A DNA stretch of 64,000 bases from Dehalococcoidia bacterium (GTDB lineage: Bacteria; Chloroflexota; Dehalococcoidia; UBA2979). Positions 9,275 through 20,277 of the stretch are shown one piece after another; the first letter of the stretch is position 1, and every line of letters begins with the position of its first letter. The stretch lies in NCBI GenBank assembly GCA_964291495.2, contig OZ219871.1, positions 1,440,001-1,504,000 of the forward strand. Reading direction: 5' to 3'. The notes below the pieces were generated by a model. The model made no database searches. It was not told the origin of the DNA and saw only the letters and a list, made by a program, of their open reading frames with translations. Position numbers and translations under genes: made by a program.

Positions 9275-10198
9275 CTAGCGATCGAGGTTGGCCGCGCGAC
9301 GGGCGGCGCGCCGGTCGGAGCTTTCGAAGAGGCGGCCGAGCGCGAGCGCGGGCAGCAGGATCGCGGCGCCGCCGATCGCCATCAGCAGCCCGTTGCGGAT
9401 CGGCCCGCTGGCGAGCGTGCTCATGATCGAGCGCGCCTCGTTGCCGATCGCGCCGTCGTCGGCGAGGACGCCGAACATGAAGCGGATCAGCACCGCGCCG
9501 ATCAGCACGAGCGCGCCCGCGATCAGGGTCGCGCCCCCGAGGCGGATCAGCCGGCCAAAGCCCACGCCGAGCAGCATCACCGCGGCCGCCAGCACCACGG
9601 CGGCGTAGCCGAGCGGCGTCACGAACGAGCTCCAGCGGTCGTGCTCGCTCGCCCGCAGGCGCGTGATCAACTGGTCCAGCAGTCCCGCGCTCGAGAAGCG
9701 CGAGGGCGGGGTGATCGCGCCGCCGGGGTCGCGGAAGGCGGCGAGGCCCTCCTCGCGGAGGAGCAGCGCGCTGCGCTCGACCAGCGCCTCGCGCAGCAAT
9801 CGAAGGTCGAACGCGCCGTCGTTGCCGGTCGCCTCGGCAGTCGGGACGGAGACGTTGAGGGGGTAGCCGGGCACGTCGATCAGGTCGCCGGCGAGCGCCT
9901 GCTCCTCGAGGTTCTCGGCGTGCACGTCGAGCAGGGCGTCGACGCCGCTGAGCACGATCGCGGCGCGGGTGATGGCGGGCAACGCTGACTCGGGGGTGGT
10001 GGCCTGCGCGAGGCTGAAGGCGGAGAGCCAGGCGGTGAGCACGACGGCGAGCAGCAGGCTGGCGGCGGCGAGGGCGAAGTCGCGGAGGCCGGCGGCGGCG
10101 TTGAACTCGTCGAACGGATCGGGGATCACGTCCCAGGGGCCGCTCCGGCTCACCACCGGCGCCGGCCGCCGCCCAACAGGAGGGTCAATGCGACTCAC
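9275..10198 (-). CDS. Hypothetical membrane protein (1 N-terminal and about 3 C-terminal TM helices)
   Basis: GTG start overlaps the RDD stop; hydrophobic segments. Confidence 0.7.
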   Translation of the reverse strand: MSRIDPPVGRRPAPVVSRSGPWDVIPDPFDEFNAAAGLRDFALAAASLLLAVVLTAWLSAFSLAQATTPESALPAITRAAIVLSGVDALLDVHAENLEEQALAGDLIDVPGYPLNVSVPTAEATGNDGAFDLRLLREALVERSALLLREEGLAAFRDPGGAITPPSRFSSAGLLDQLITRLRASEHDRWSSFVTPLGYAAVVLAAAVMLLGVGFGRLIRLGGATLIAGALVLIGAVLIRFMFGVLADDGAIGNEARSIMSTLASGPIRNGLLMAIGGAAILLPALALGRLFESSDRRAARRAANLDR

Positions 10199-10737
10199 GA
10201 GTGGCGCACCAGGCGCGTGCGGGCGAGCCAGTCGTGCGGCAGGCGCCCGTGGCGCCACTCGCTCCCGCGCGCCACGCTCACAAGGAGCGCTCCCACCCAG
10301 AGCAGGATGATCACGACGGCGGCGTTCACGATCGCGAGCAGCAGCCAGATGGGCGGCGCGCCCGCGAGCAGCAACGTGATCAGCACCCAGCCCCAGAGCA
10401 GCAGCGAGATCGGGTGCAGCAGCAATCGCAACGCACGCCTCCAGCGCGCTCCCTCGACGGTGAGACCGAGGCGTGCCTGGCCGAACGTCGCGCCGAGGCG
10501 GTAGAGGCGCGTCGCCTGCCAGGCCGTCCATGCGGGCGCAATCGCTCCGATCAGCGTGGCGGCGATCAGCGTATCTCCCGTCCCGGCGTCGTAGCGGCCG
10601 GCCGAGCTGCTGATCAGCAGCCAGACGAACGCGACGGCCGCCCCGCCCAGCAGCAGCAGCAGCAGCGACGCGGCGTCGATCAAGACGGCCAGCAGCCGCA
10701 CGCGGCCTCGAGGCCGCCGGACGCCTTCGCTGCTCAT
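10195..10737 (-). CDS. RDD family membrane protein
   Basis: R..A.LID, G.T.G...LGL.V and LPHDWLART motifs. Confidence 0.8.
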   Translation of the reverse strand: MSSEGVRRPRGRVRLLAVLIDAASLLLLLLGGAAVAFVWLLISSSAGRYDAGTGDTLIAATLIGAIAPAWTAWQATRLYRLGATFGQARLGLTVEGARWRRALRLLLHPISLLLWGWVLITLLLAGAPPIWLLLAIVNAAVVIILLWVGALLVSVARGSEWRHGRLPHDWLARTRLVRHS

Positions 10738-10787
10738 CGGCTCCGACTATACGACGGCGCGCCGCCAACGATTACGCTGGATCCACG

Positions 10788-11978
10788 GTGAGATCGAGTG
10801 CCCGAACGTCGGCGGCCGCCGTGAAGCGGCGAGCGAGGGATGCAGTGCCCTCGCTCGCTGCGTTCGTTGCCGGCCTGCTCGCCGCCGTCCTGCTCTGGAG
10901 CGGGCTGTTCGCCCTTCGCGGCGACACGAACGAGGAGTTCGGCGTCGCCCAGCTCGTGCGCTGGGAGTTCGGCGCCCTCGCGAACAAGTGGCTCTTCGCC
11001 GCGGGTGCGCCGCTGCGCGACGACCCGGCGGCCGACGAGGCGATCGCCGCCTGGTTCGCCCTCGGCGACCGTGGTGGCGAGGAGGGGCGGGAGCTCGAGA
11101 ACGTCGTCGAGTCCGCCATCGAAGGCCGCGTCGACGCCGCGATCCGCGAGCAGGGCCTGAGTTTCCCGCTGCGGCTGCCGGGGCCCCTCGCGGTCTGGCC
11201 GCCGCTGGACATCGAGCTGACCCCCTCGCCGCATGTGCTGGTGATCTCGCCCCGCAGCGAGATTCAGCGCCAGGAGGAGCGCATCCTGCAGTTCGACCTC
11301 AGCCTCGACGAGCTCTACCGCATCGAGCGGGAGGCGGAGGAGCGAGACGGCTCGATCGCGTCGTTCGTGGCGCCGACCGGGGGCATTGCTTTCTATCCGG
11401 CGATCGTGGACGCGCGCAGCTACCGTGGCGCCGTCTCTACCGCCGCCCACGAGTGGGTGCACCACTACCTCATCTTCTATCCGCTCGGCCGCGCCTACTT
11501 CGCGGACGCCGACGCCCGAACGATCAACGAGACGGTCGCCAGCCTCGTCGGCTGGGAGTTGCGCGACGCGGCGCTCGAGCGCTTCGGGGATCCGACGGCG
11601 TCCGCGAGGCCGGCCGCCGCGCCCTCCGCCGCTCGCGCTGAAGGCATCGATCGCAACGAGGTGCTGCGCGAGTTGCGCCTGGAGGTCGACGCGCTGCTCG
11701 CCGAGGGCAGGGTGGAGGAGGCCGAGCGACGCATGGAGGAGGTGCGGCTGCTGCTCGCCGATCACGGCTTCGCGATCCGCCGCATCAACCAGGCGTACTT
11801 CGCGTGGTACGGGACATACGCGGCGCGCGCCGACGCCGTCGATCCGCTCGGCGGCCAGCTGCGCGAGCTGCGGGAGCGAGCAGGGTCGCTCGCCCGCTTC
11901 CTGGAGCTCGTGCGCGGCATCACCACCCGCGCCGAGGTCGAGGCGCTGCTTGTGAGCACGGAGAGCGCGGGCGGCTAG
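10788..11978 (+). CDS. Membrane-anchored putative zinc metallopeptidase (HEXXH)
   Basis: N-terminal TM, AHEWVHHY plus downstream NETVA (gluzincin-like) and INQAYFA. Confidence 0.65.
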   Translation: MRSSARTSAAAVKRRARDAVPSLAAFVAGLLAAVLLWSGLFALRGDTNEEFGVAQLVRWEFGALANKWLFAAGAPLRDDPAADEAIAAWFALGDRGGEEGRELENVVESAIEGRVDAAIREQGLSFPLRLPGPLAVWPPLDIELTPSPHVLVISPRSEIQRQEERILQFDLSLDELYRIEREAEERDGSIASFVAPTGGIAFYPAIVDARSYRGAVSTAAHEWVHHYLIFYPLGRAYFADADARTINETVASLVGWELRDAALERFGDPTASARPAAAPSAARAEGIDRNEVLRELRLEVDALLAEGRVEEAERRMEEVRLLLADHGFAIRRINQAYFAWYGTYAARADAVDPLGGQLRELRERAGSLARFLELVRGITTRAEVEALLVSTESAGG

Positions 11979-12016
11979 GCAAGCCTTGCGGCTGGCGCTG
12001 CGAGTGACGGCTCCGA

Positions 12017-15000
12017 TCACGGCGCGCCGTTGTCGACGCGAACGCGCACCGTGGCGACCGCGTCCCCGAACTGCCCGTCGCTGACGGTCAGGCGGATCGT
12101 GTAGAGGCCGTTGTCGTACCCGGTCGTGTCCCAGGAGGCGATCGCGCCGCTGGTTGCCGGCTCCTCCGAGCGGCGGATCTCCGTCCAGCTGTCCGGCTCG
12201 ACGCCGGCGCCCACTTCCAGGCGCAGCTCCTCGAACCGGCCGGAGGAGGCGAAGCCGTCGATCGGCACGTTGCCGCTCAGCACCTGGTCCGTGATCGGCC
12301 GCGTGATGCGCGCGATCGGAGGCGTGTTGCTGTTGGAAGCGGCCTCGCCGTTGGCGATCACCACCGGGACGGCGTAGCGCCACCTGCCCAGCTCCGAGTC
12401 CTCCAGCCGCACGCGCAGCGTGTACGCGCCGTCCGGCAACTGTGTCGTGTCCCAGCGCGCCAGCACGCCGGCGTCGATCGCCTCTGTCGAGGCCGCGAAG
12501 GCGACCCAGGCGGACGGGTTGGTGCCGCGCCCCCACTCCACCACGTAGCGCTCGAGGGTGGGCGAGTCCGCGCGCCCGATCACGGCGACCGATCCGGAGA
12601 GCCGCTTGCCTGCGGTGGGCGAAGAGACCTGCAGGAGATCCGCGCCGGCGGCGCTGTCCAGACGGGGGGCGAGCAGGTGCAGGACGCCGTAGCGCTTGCC
12701 CCACTCCTCGATGTCGTCCCACTCCTCGATCTCTTCCTCGGGCAGCACCAGCAGTACCTCGCGCCGGACGAAGGCGGGCGGGGTGTCCTCAGTCGCGCGC
12801 AGCCCGGTGCGTGAGTCGAGCTGCACCTCCTGCCACCACGTGTCCTGCAGCTCCTCGAAGTCGTAGGTGGCGAGCACGTCGAAGGCGTAGAGGCCGTTGT
12901 AGCGGTGGATCTCGGGGCAGAGCTCGCTGGGTAGCCGCCCCGAGGGCCAGCACAGTTCGCGGGACTCGATGCCCGAGGGCTGGAGGAAGTTCCTGGGCTC
13001 CAGCCCGTAGTAGTCGTGCGCGTACTCCATGAAGTCGCGCCAGGCCTTCCAGGCGATTGTCGTCGAGTAGAGGCGCGCGACCTCCGGGTCGTGGATCATC
13101 GGCGTGTTGTCGGAGTTGCCCGCCCAGATCCCCGCTACGAGGTCCGGGGTGTAGCCGAAGGTCCAGGTCTCGCCGATCTCGTCCGGATCCTCGAAGGGTT
13201 CGCTTGTGCCCGTCTTCTTCCCGGATGGCCGGTCCTCCAGCTCCAGCGCGCCGCAGCTGCTGAAGATGATGCATTGCGTGTCCGGGTCCGAGATGATCGA
13301 GGTCACGAGGTAGGCGTAGTTCTCCTCGACCACGCGCCGTTCGACGGGCGCCTGGAAGTCATAGAGCACGGTGCCCTCGGCATTGGTGACGCGCAGCAGA
13401 GCGACGGGGTCGAGCGTGCGCTCGCCGGCGCCATGCGGCTCCAGCGCATCCTGGCCGCGCATCACGCCGCCGGTGGCGAGCACGCTGTAGGCGTAAGTCA
13501 GATCCTCGAGGGTGATGTCGGCGCCGCCGAGCGTGAGCGCCGGTCCGTAACCGCGCGGCGAGTCGAGGGTCGTCAGCCCCACCCGCCGCATGAGCGTGGT
13601 GGTGTTGCCGACGCCGGCGAACTGGATCGTCTTGAAGGCGGGGATGTTGAGCGAGTTGCCGAGGGCGTTCGCGGCGCTGATCGTGCCGGTATAGAAGTCC
13701 TCCGGACCCGGGTTGGTCGGCTCGAAGAACTCGCCCGTGGCCGGATCGATCACCTTCGTCGGGACGTCGAGGATGCCCGCGCCCGTGCTCCAGCCCCGCA
13801 TGAACGCGGACATGTAGGTAAACGGCTTCAGCGTCGAACCCGGCGAGTTCTCCGCGATCACGTTGTCGTTGCGGCCCTCGATGTCGTCGCGGAAGTAGTC
13901 GCGGCTCCCGACGTAGACGAGGATCTGCCCCGTGTGCGGGTCCAGCGCATAGAAGCTGCCGTTGTGTCCCGTCACTCCGGCGTACAGGATGCTGGCGTCC
14001 TCCAGCACATCGGATTCGTAGTCGGAGATGCGCCGCTCGAGGATGCGCTGCGCCTCATGCTGCAGGCCGAGATCGAGCGTCGTGATCACCTCGAGGCCGT
14101 CCTCGTAGAGGGCGCGCTCACCGAAGCGCAGGGCGATCTCCTTCGCGACGCGCCCGAGCACGAAGTGCGGCGCCTCGATGTCGAAGCGGTTGGCCTTGAA
14201 GACCAGCTGCTCGCGACGCGCGGCGGCGGCCTCGCCGGCGGTGATGAAGCCGTGGCGCACCATCAAGTCCAGCACGACGCGCTGCCGGATGAGCGCGCCG
14301 GACGGATTCTCCAGCGGGTTGTAGAGCGAGGGTGACTGCGGGATGCCGGCCAGCAGCGCGGCCTCCGCCAGCGTCAGCTCGCTCGCCTGCTTGCCGAAGT
14401 AGCCCTCGGCGGCGGCCTGGATGCCGACGTAGATGCCGCCGTAGGAGATCGAGTTGAGGTACCACTCGAGGATCTGGTCCTTCGTGTAGCGCTCGGTCAG
14501 CTCGATCGCGATCGCCGCCTCGCGCAGCTTGCGCTCCACCGTGCGCGCGGCGCGCTGCTCCTTGGGGATGTAGACGTTCTTCGCCAGCTGCTGCGTGATC
14601 GAGGATCCGCCCGTCCCCTGGAGGAAGTCGGTGTCGCCGAAGGGCGTCAGATTCTCGATGCCGGCGCGGGCGAGGCCGCGCACGTTGAGGCCGTTGTTCG
14701 TGTAGAAGCTCGCGTCCTCGGTCGCGATCGTCGCGGCGATCACCCACTCGGAGATCCCGTCGATCGGCACCGGTCGCCGCAGTCCGCCGAACTCGTCGAT
14801 GAACTCGTAGAGCAGCACGCCGTTGCGGTCGTAGATGCGCGCTCCGCCGCGCGGCAACGACGCAAGCAGCTCCTCGGGCGGCGCGACGTAGGCGATGAAC
14901 TCGTCGTACTTCTGCTTGCCGTAGAGCGCGCCCGTGGCCGCGGCCGCGCTGCTCGCGACGAGCAACACGCCGAACAGGCCGACGAGCACCAACACGAGGC

Positions 15001-15085
15001 GGCCGAGGCGTCTGCCGTCGCCGTTCGCCGGCGCCTGCCGCCGCCGCCGTGCGCGCTGTCGCCGCGCGCGCTGGCTGACCGTCAC
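12017..15085 (-). CDS. Class A penicillin-binding protein (transglycosylase-transpeptidase) with C-terminal Ig-like repeats
   Basis: EDASFY, GGSSITQQLAKN, RKLRE, YLN; STLK, SLN and KTG transpeptidase motifs; two WDTT...G.YT.RL repeats. Confidence 0.93.
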   Translation of the reverse strand: MTVSQRARRQRARRRRQAPANGDGRRLGRLVLVLVGLFGVLLVASSAAAATGALYGKQKYDEFIAYVAPPEELLASLPRGGARIYDRNGVLLYEFIDEFGGLRRPVPIDGISEWVIAATIATEDASFYTNNGLNVRGLARAGIENLTPFGDTDFLQGTGGSSITQQLAKNVYIPKEQRAARTVERKLREAAIAIELTERYTKDQILEWYLNSISYGGIYVGIQAAAEGYFGKQASELTLAEAALLAGIPQSPSLYNPLENPSGALIRQRVVLDLMVRHGFITAGEAAAARREQLVFKANRFDIEAPHFVLGRVAKEIALRFGERALYEDGLEVITTLDLGLQHEAQRILERRISDYESDVLEDASILYAGVTGHNGSFYALDPHTGQILVYVGSRDYFRDDIEGRNDNVIAENSPGSTLKPFTYMSAFMRGWSTGAGILDVPTKVIDPATGEFFEPTNPGPEDFYTGTISAANALGNSLNIPAFKTIQFAGVGNTTTLMRRVGLTTLDSPRGYGPALTLGGADITLEDLTYAYSVLATGGVMRGQDALEPHGAGERTLDPVALLRVTNAEGTVLYDFQAPVERRVVEENYAYLVTSIISDPDTQCIIFSSCGALELEDRPSGKKTGTSEPFEDPDEIGETWTFGYTPDLVAGIWAGNSDNTPMIHDPEVARLYSTTIAWKAWRDFMEYAHDYYGLEPRNFLQPSGIESRELCWPSGRLPSELCPEIHRYNGLYAFDVLATYDFEELQDTWWQEVQLDSRTGLRATEDTPPAFVRREVLLVLPEEEIEEWDDIEEWGKRYGVLHLLAPRLDSAAGADLLQVSSPTAGKRLSGSVAVIGRADSPTLERYVVEWGRGTNPSAWVAFAASTEAIDAGVLARWDTTQLPDGAYTLRVRLEDSELGRWRYAVPVVIANGEAASNSNTPPIARITRPITDQVLSGNVPIDGFASSGRFEELRLEVGAGVEPDSWTEIRRSEEPATSGAIASWDTTGYDNGLYTIRLTVSDGQFGDAVATVRVRVDNGAP

Positions 15086-15364
15086 CGGGAGCCCTCGGGC
15101 CTGCTGTGTCGGATCATGCTGCTCGCAGGTGCGTTCGCGATCGGGTCGCCTCCCGCCCGGCCGCCGAGGCGCGGGCGCGACCTCCCGCCGGCCTCGATCG
15201 TATCCGCTCGGCTCGCCTCGCCGCCACCGAGGCCGCCGCCCGTATGGTGCGAGCCGCCCGACCGCACATATAGTGCGTACTCATTGGGCAAACAGCGGGC
15301 GACACGGCCCGCGAGGCGCAACCGCGCTACTCATCCAGACGTCAGACGGCGCCCGGAGGTTCCC

Positions 15365-15664
15365 GTGGATCTGAGCAGCGACGAGGTCCGGCACATCGCA
15401 CGGCTCGCCCGCATCGCGCTCACGGACGGGGAGACGGAGCGCCTCCGCGGCGAGCTGTCGAGCATCCTCGGCCACTGCCAGGCGCTGAGCGCGATCGATA
15501 CCTCCGGCGTGGCGCCGACGGCGCAGTCCTTCTCCCTCGTCAACGTCGAGCGCCCGGACGAGCCCCGGCCCTCCGAGCCGGTGGCCGAGGTGCTCGCCAA
15601 CTCCCCGGCCCGCGAGGGCGACTACATCCGCGTCCGCGCGGTGCTCGACCAGCCCGATGGCTGA
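15365..15664 (+). CDS. gatC: Asp/Glu-tRNA amidotransferase subunit C
   Basis: DEVRHIARLARI, DTSGVAPT and N.P....Y.RV; overlaps the gatA start. Confidence 0.93.
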   Translation: MDLSSDEVRHIARLARIALTDGETERLRGELSSILGHCQALSAIDTSGVAPTAQSFSLVNVERPDEPRPSEPVAEVLANSPAREGDYIRVRAVLDQPDG

Positions 15665-17165
15665 CTCCACACGGTCTCCCGGAGCGGCGATCGACCTCGA
15701 TCGCAGCGCGCACGAGCACGCAGCGGCGCTGCGCGCGGGCGAGTACGGCGCGCGCGCCCTGGCCGAGGCGACGCTCGCGCGCGTGGAGGCGCAGGAGCCT
15801 GACCTCAACGCTTACATCCGCGTGACCCCCGAGCAGGCCCTCGCCCAGGCCGACGCCGCCGACGAGCGGCTGCGCGCCGGCGAGGCGGCGCCCCTGACCG
15901 GCATCCCCGTCGGGCTCAAGGACGTGCTCTCCACCCAGGGCGTGGAGACCACCGCCGGCTCGCGCATCCTCGAGGGCTTCACGCCGATCATCGACTGCAC
16001 CGTCGTGGCGCGGCTGCGTGAGCAGGGCGCGGTCTTCGTCGGCAAGACCAACCTCGACGAGTTCGCGATGGGCTCCTCGACGGAGCACTCCGGCTACGGC
16101 GCGACGAGCAACCCCTGGGACCTGACGCGCGTGCCGGGCGGCTCGTCCGGCGGCTCGGCGGCGACCGTGTCCGCCCGAGGCGTACCGATCGCCCTCGGCA
16201 CGGACACGGGCGGCTCGATCCGCCAGCCGGCCGCGCTGACGGGCATCGTCGGCCTCAAGCCCACCTACGGCCGGGTCAGCCGCTACGGCGTCGTCGCCTT
16301 CGCATCCTCGCTGGAGCAGGTCGGGCCGTTCGCCCGCGACGCGCGCGACGCGGCGACGCTGCTGCAGGCGATCGCGGGACACGACCCCAACGACGCGACC
16401 ACCGCCCCGGAGCCCGTCGCCGACTACACCGAGCGCTTCGATCGCGGCCTCGAGGGCCTGCGCGTCGGCGTCCCCGGCGAGGGCCTCGTCGCGGGCCTCG
16501 AGGACGGCGTGCGCGAGGCGTTCGAAGGTGCCGTCGCGCTGTTCGAGCGGGAGGGCGCGGTCGTCGATCGCTCCGTCGCGCTGCCCTCGCTGGAGGTGGC
16601 GCTGTCCGCCTACTACATCATCGCGCCCGCCGAGGCGTCGGCGAACCTCGCCCGCTACGACGGCGTCAAGTACGGTTATCGCTTCAGGGGCGGCGAAGGC
16701 ATGTGGGACGAGATGGAACGGACCCGCGGCAACGGCTTCGGCGATGAGGTAAAGCGCCGCATCATGATCGGCGCCTACGCGCTCTCGGCCGGCTACTACG
16801 ACGCCTACTACCGCAAGGCGCAGCAGGTGCGCACGCTGGTCCGCGCCGAGTTCGAGACCGCCCTCGGGGCCAACGACCTGCTGCTCACCCCGACGACGCC
16901 GACCGTCGCCTTCCCGCTCGGCGCGAAGCTCGACGACCCGCTCGCGATGTACCTCAACGACCTGCTGACGATCCCCGTCAACATCTCCGGCAACCCGGCG
17001 GTCAGCATCCCCGGCGGCTTCTCCGAGGGCCTGCCCGTCGGCATCCAGCTGATCGCCCGGCCCTTCGAGGAGTCGACGCTGCTCGGCGCCGCGCACGCCT
17101 GCGAGGCGCTGACCGACTGGGCCGCGCGGCGCCCGCCGCTCGCGGAGATCGGAGCGCCCTCGTGA
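15657..17165 (+). CDS. gatA: Asp/Glu-tRNA amidotransferase subunit A
   Basis: GKTNLDEFAMGSSTE, PGGSSGGSA, DTGGSIRQPA, NLARYDG and EVKRRIMIG. Confidence 0.97.
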   Translation: MADSTRSPGAAIDLDRSAHEHAAALRAGEYGARALAEATLARVEAQEPDLNAYIRVTPEQALAQADAADERLRAGEAAPLTGIPVGLKDVLSTQGVETTAGSRILEGFTPIIDCTVVARLREQGAVFVGKTNLDEFAMGSSTEHSGYGATSNPWDLTRVPGGSSGGSAATVSARGVPIALGTDTGGSIRQPAALTGIVGLKPTYGRVSRYGVVAFASSLEQVGPFARDARDAATLLQAIAGHDPNDATTAPEPVADYTERFDRGLEGLRVGVPGEGLVAGLEDGVREAFEGAVALFEREGAVVDRSVALPSLEVALSAYYIIAPAEASANLARYDGVKYGYRFRGGEGMWDEMERTRGNGFGDEVKRRIMIGAYALSAGYYDAYYRKAQQVRTLVRAEFETALGANDLLLTPTTPTVAFPLGAKLDDPLAMYLNDLLTIPVNISGNPAVSIPGGFSEGLPVGIQLIARPFEESTLLGAAHACEALTDWAARRPPLAEIGAPS

Positions 17166-18396
17166 CGACCGACGGGCACAGCGGATATCCGGCGGGCGGC
17201 TCCGGCGGGCACCAGGCGCGGCGCGGGCTGCACTCGGAGACGGTCGCCGGCCTCCCGGCTTCCGGCATCCGTCGCTTCTTCGAGCTGCTGGACAGGGCGC
17301 AGGGCGTGATCTCGCTGGCCGTCGGCCAGCCGGACTTCGCGACGCCCGCGCAGATCACCAACGCCGCCGCCGAGGCGATGCTCGCCGGCCACACCGGGTA
17401 CACCAGCAACTACGGCCTGCCCGAGCTGCGCGAGATGCTCAGCAGCCAGCTCGAGCGCCTCTACGGCGTCCGCTACAACCCGAAGAACGAGCTGATGCTC
17501 ACCACCGGCGTCTCCGAGGCGCTGGACATCGCGATGCGCGCGCTCATCGACCACGAAGACGAGGTGCTCACGCCCGAGCCCTGCTACGTCGCCTACCAGC
17601 CGGTGGTGCTGATGGCCGGCGCGCGCTACGTGCCCGTGCCGACCTACCCCGAGGACGCCTTCATGGTCACCGCCGAGGCGATCGAGGAGCGCATCACCCC
17701 GCCACCAAGGCGATCCTGCTCGGCTACCCCTCGAACCCCACGGGGGCGGTGCTGGACCGCAAGACGATGGAGGAGATCGCGGACGTGGCGCGGGCGCACG
17801 ACCTGTTCGTCATCTCCGACGAGCTCTACGACCGCCTGACCTACGACGCCGAGCACGTCTGCTTCCCGACGATCGAGGGCATGCACGAGCGCACGATCCT
17901 GCTCGGCGGCTTCTCCAAGGCCTACGCGATGACGGGCTGGCGGCTCGGCTGGGTGGCGGCGCCGCCGCACCTGCTCGAGGCGATGATGAAGATCCACCAG
18001 TACGTGATGATGAGCGCCCCCACCGCCGCCCAGTACGCCGCCGTCGAGGCGCTCGCCTCGGCCGAGGAGGACGTGCGCGGGATGGTCGCCGAGTACGACC
18101 GCCGCCGCCGCATGGTCGTCGCCCGGCTGCGCGCGATGGGCCTCCCCACGGTGGAGCCGCGCGGCGCCTTCTACGTCTTCCCCGACATCAGCCCGACCGG
18201 CCTCGACGACCTCGCCTTCGCCGAGGCGCTGCTCGAGGAGGAGCACGTCGCGATGGTGCCCGGCTCCGCCTTCGGCGAGAGCGGGCGCGGCTTCGTGCGC
18301 ATCTGCTACGCCGCCGACTACGACGACATCGCGGAGGCGATGGACCGCACCGAGCGCTTCGTCGCACGGCGGCTCGCGGCGGCGGGCCCGAAGTAG
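17162..18396 (+). CDS. Class I/II PLP aminotransferase; one frameshift near 17700 (probable sequencing error)
   Basis: SGIRRFF and GQPDF in one frame; PSNPTG, SDELY and FSKAYAMTGWRLG in the next; one C appears missing in a C-run. Confidence 0.88.
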
Positions 18397-18412
18397 CACG
18401 GGCCGGGCGGCG

Positions 18413-19107
18413 GTGAGCGAGTCCGCCGCCGGCAGTCCGGACGACCTCGTCCTCTCGATCCGCGACGTGCGCGCGCAGCCCGGCGAGGAGCCCGGCGAGC
18501 TGGCGCTGGAGATCGACACCTCGCGCGGCACGATCCTCGCCGCGCTCCACCCCTGCGAGGGCAAGACCGGCTGCGCCGTCTTCCTCGGCGGCGCGATGGG
18601 CGGCGGCGACGGGCCGGCCGGGGGCGTCTACCTGCGCCTCAGCCGCGAGCTGGTCGCGGCCGGCGTCACCTCGCTGCGCGTCGGCTACCGCCACCCGGGC
18701 GGAGTTCGACGAGTGCGTGCTGGACGCGCTCGCCGCCTGCTCGTTCCTGCGCGGCATCGGCGCGGAGCGTGCGGTGATCATCGGGCACTCCTTTCGGCGG
18801 GGCGGTGGCGATCCGGGCGGGCGAGCTGGCCCCGCTCGCGAACGCCGTCGCGGCGCTCTCGCCGCAGCGCTTCGGCACGCAGAACGTCGAGCAGCTCGGC
18901 AAGCCGCTGCTGCTGATCCACGGATCCGACGACACCGTGCTGCTGCCCCAGGCCTCCGAGGACATCTACGAGCGCGCCCAGCAACCGAAGCGTCTCGTGA
19001 TCCTCGATGGCGGCGGCCACTCCCTGCGCGAGGTCGCCGCCGACGTCCACACCCTGCTCACGCAGTTCATCAGCGACGCCGCGGGGGATGTCGAGGAGCC
19101 GGAGTAG
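18413..19107 (+). CDS. Alpha/beta hydrolase; two frameshifts (about 18700 and 18795)
   Basis: Joined frames give GHSFGG nucleophile elbow, LLLIHGSDD and GGGH triad. Confidence 0.8.
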
Positions 19108-19130
19108 GGGGGCGGGCGGCTATCCCCTGA

Positions 19131-19290
19131 GAGACCGTTGCGAAACTCCCGCAAGCCCGATCCGGCTCACCTCTCCTGCGTGTTCGGGAGAGCGCGCGGG
19201 GGTCCAGTCCGGGGAGGACCTCCCGCGCCGCCTCCGAGCCGGCATCCGTCGATCGGCGCACCACGCGAATTCCCGGAGGGCGGACCCTCC
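19131..19290. repeat. Degenerate copy of an approximately 160-bp REP/MITE-like element (second copy at 33118-33282)
   Basis: GAGACCGTTGCGAAACTCCCRCAAGCCCGATCCGGCTC and ATTCC..GAGGGCGGACCCTCC are shared with the 33118 locus. Confidence 0.8.
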
Positions 19291-19304
19291 GCGAGCCAGC
19301 CCGC

Positions 19305-19503
19305 CTAACCCTGCTCTCTTCTGGGATGGCCGTAGAGGTAGTGCTTCTTGTTCCTGGCGAGGTCGGGGAGCTCGTCCCGTGCGTCCGGGGGCGTTCGCTG
19401 GCCCTGCGATGGGGAGACCCGTCGGGATTTCGCGACAGCGTCAGGTCTCCTCCGAGGGGCTCCGAGGGCGAGACGCCGTTGGCGTAGACACGGTGGTCGT
19501 CAC
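19305..19503 (-). pseudogene. Frameshifted antitoxin remnant, AF2212/DUF104-like
   Basis: Fragments MTTTV / VYANGVSPSEPL / DELPDLARNKKHYLYGHPRREQG* in shifting frames; GAGGGT RBS. Confidence 0.6.
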
Positions 19504-19523
19504 CGTACCCTCGCTGCCGCTAT

Positions 19524-20277
19524 CTAGACGCCGGCCCCTAAGCCCCCGAGCGCGATCGCCTCGGGCGACGGCACCACGATCCACGTCGCACGCACGATTG
19601 CGACCGCGCGCCCGTCCGCCGCGAGCAGCGCCGACTCCGCGTGGCGGCGGTTGCCCTCGGCGCCGGTCCGGCGCGCCACGGCGACGTACTCCTCGCCTGC
19701 TCGCACCGGCTCGAGGACGCGCGCGGCCATCCGCCCCAGCACCGCGCTCAGCCGGTCGTTCACGTGCGCCCAGCCGGTCGGGCAGTCGATCGCGGCCCAG
19801 ACGATGGGCTCCGCCACGACGCCATCCGCACCCGCGAGGTCCGCCGAGGGCGTCCACGGCGCGGCGACGACCTCGGAGCCGTCGGAGACGGGGCCCGTGA
19901 AGATGCGCAGGCCGTCGCCGGGTGCGCGTTCGGTGCCGCACGTGAAGCAGCTCGGGAACGGATGCTGCTCGAATCCGCGGAAGCGGCTCACCGCCTCGAT
20001 GGCCTCGGCCGGACTCACCCGCGGCGGCCCCGCCGGCTCGAGCGAGGTGGGCGCGGCCTCCGCCACCAGGTGCTCGCCGTCGAACAGCAACACGCGATCG
20101 CCCTCGTGGCGAACGTCCATCGCCCGGTCGAGCGGGGGCGGGCTGCGCAGCGTCACCTCGGCCGTGGGCTCGTCGACGTGCCGCGCGAGCAGCGCGCAGG
20201 TGTAGCCGCCGTTGGCGGAGTGCGGCGGCCCGCGAAAGCGCCGGGGGATGGACGATCGTCGCCTCGTTGCCGGCCAC
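19524..20277 (-). CDS. Double hotdog-fold thioesterase-like protein; frameshift near 20250
   Basis: IPRRFRGPPHSANGGY, HPFPSCFTCG and WAAIDCP motifs. Confidence 0.75.

Noticed and set aside
15263-15277. Palindrome CGCAC-ATATA-GTGCG resembling an NrdR box
   Set aside because: One base short of the consensus, single copy, and not near nrd genes
15287-15350. GGCAAAC-stem-GGCGCAA upstream of gatC resembling a c-di-GMP-I riboswitch or a T-box
   Set aside because: No GNRA loop, no convincing second stem or receptor, and no T-box consensus; needs an Rfam scan
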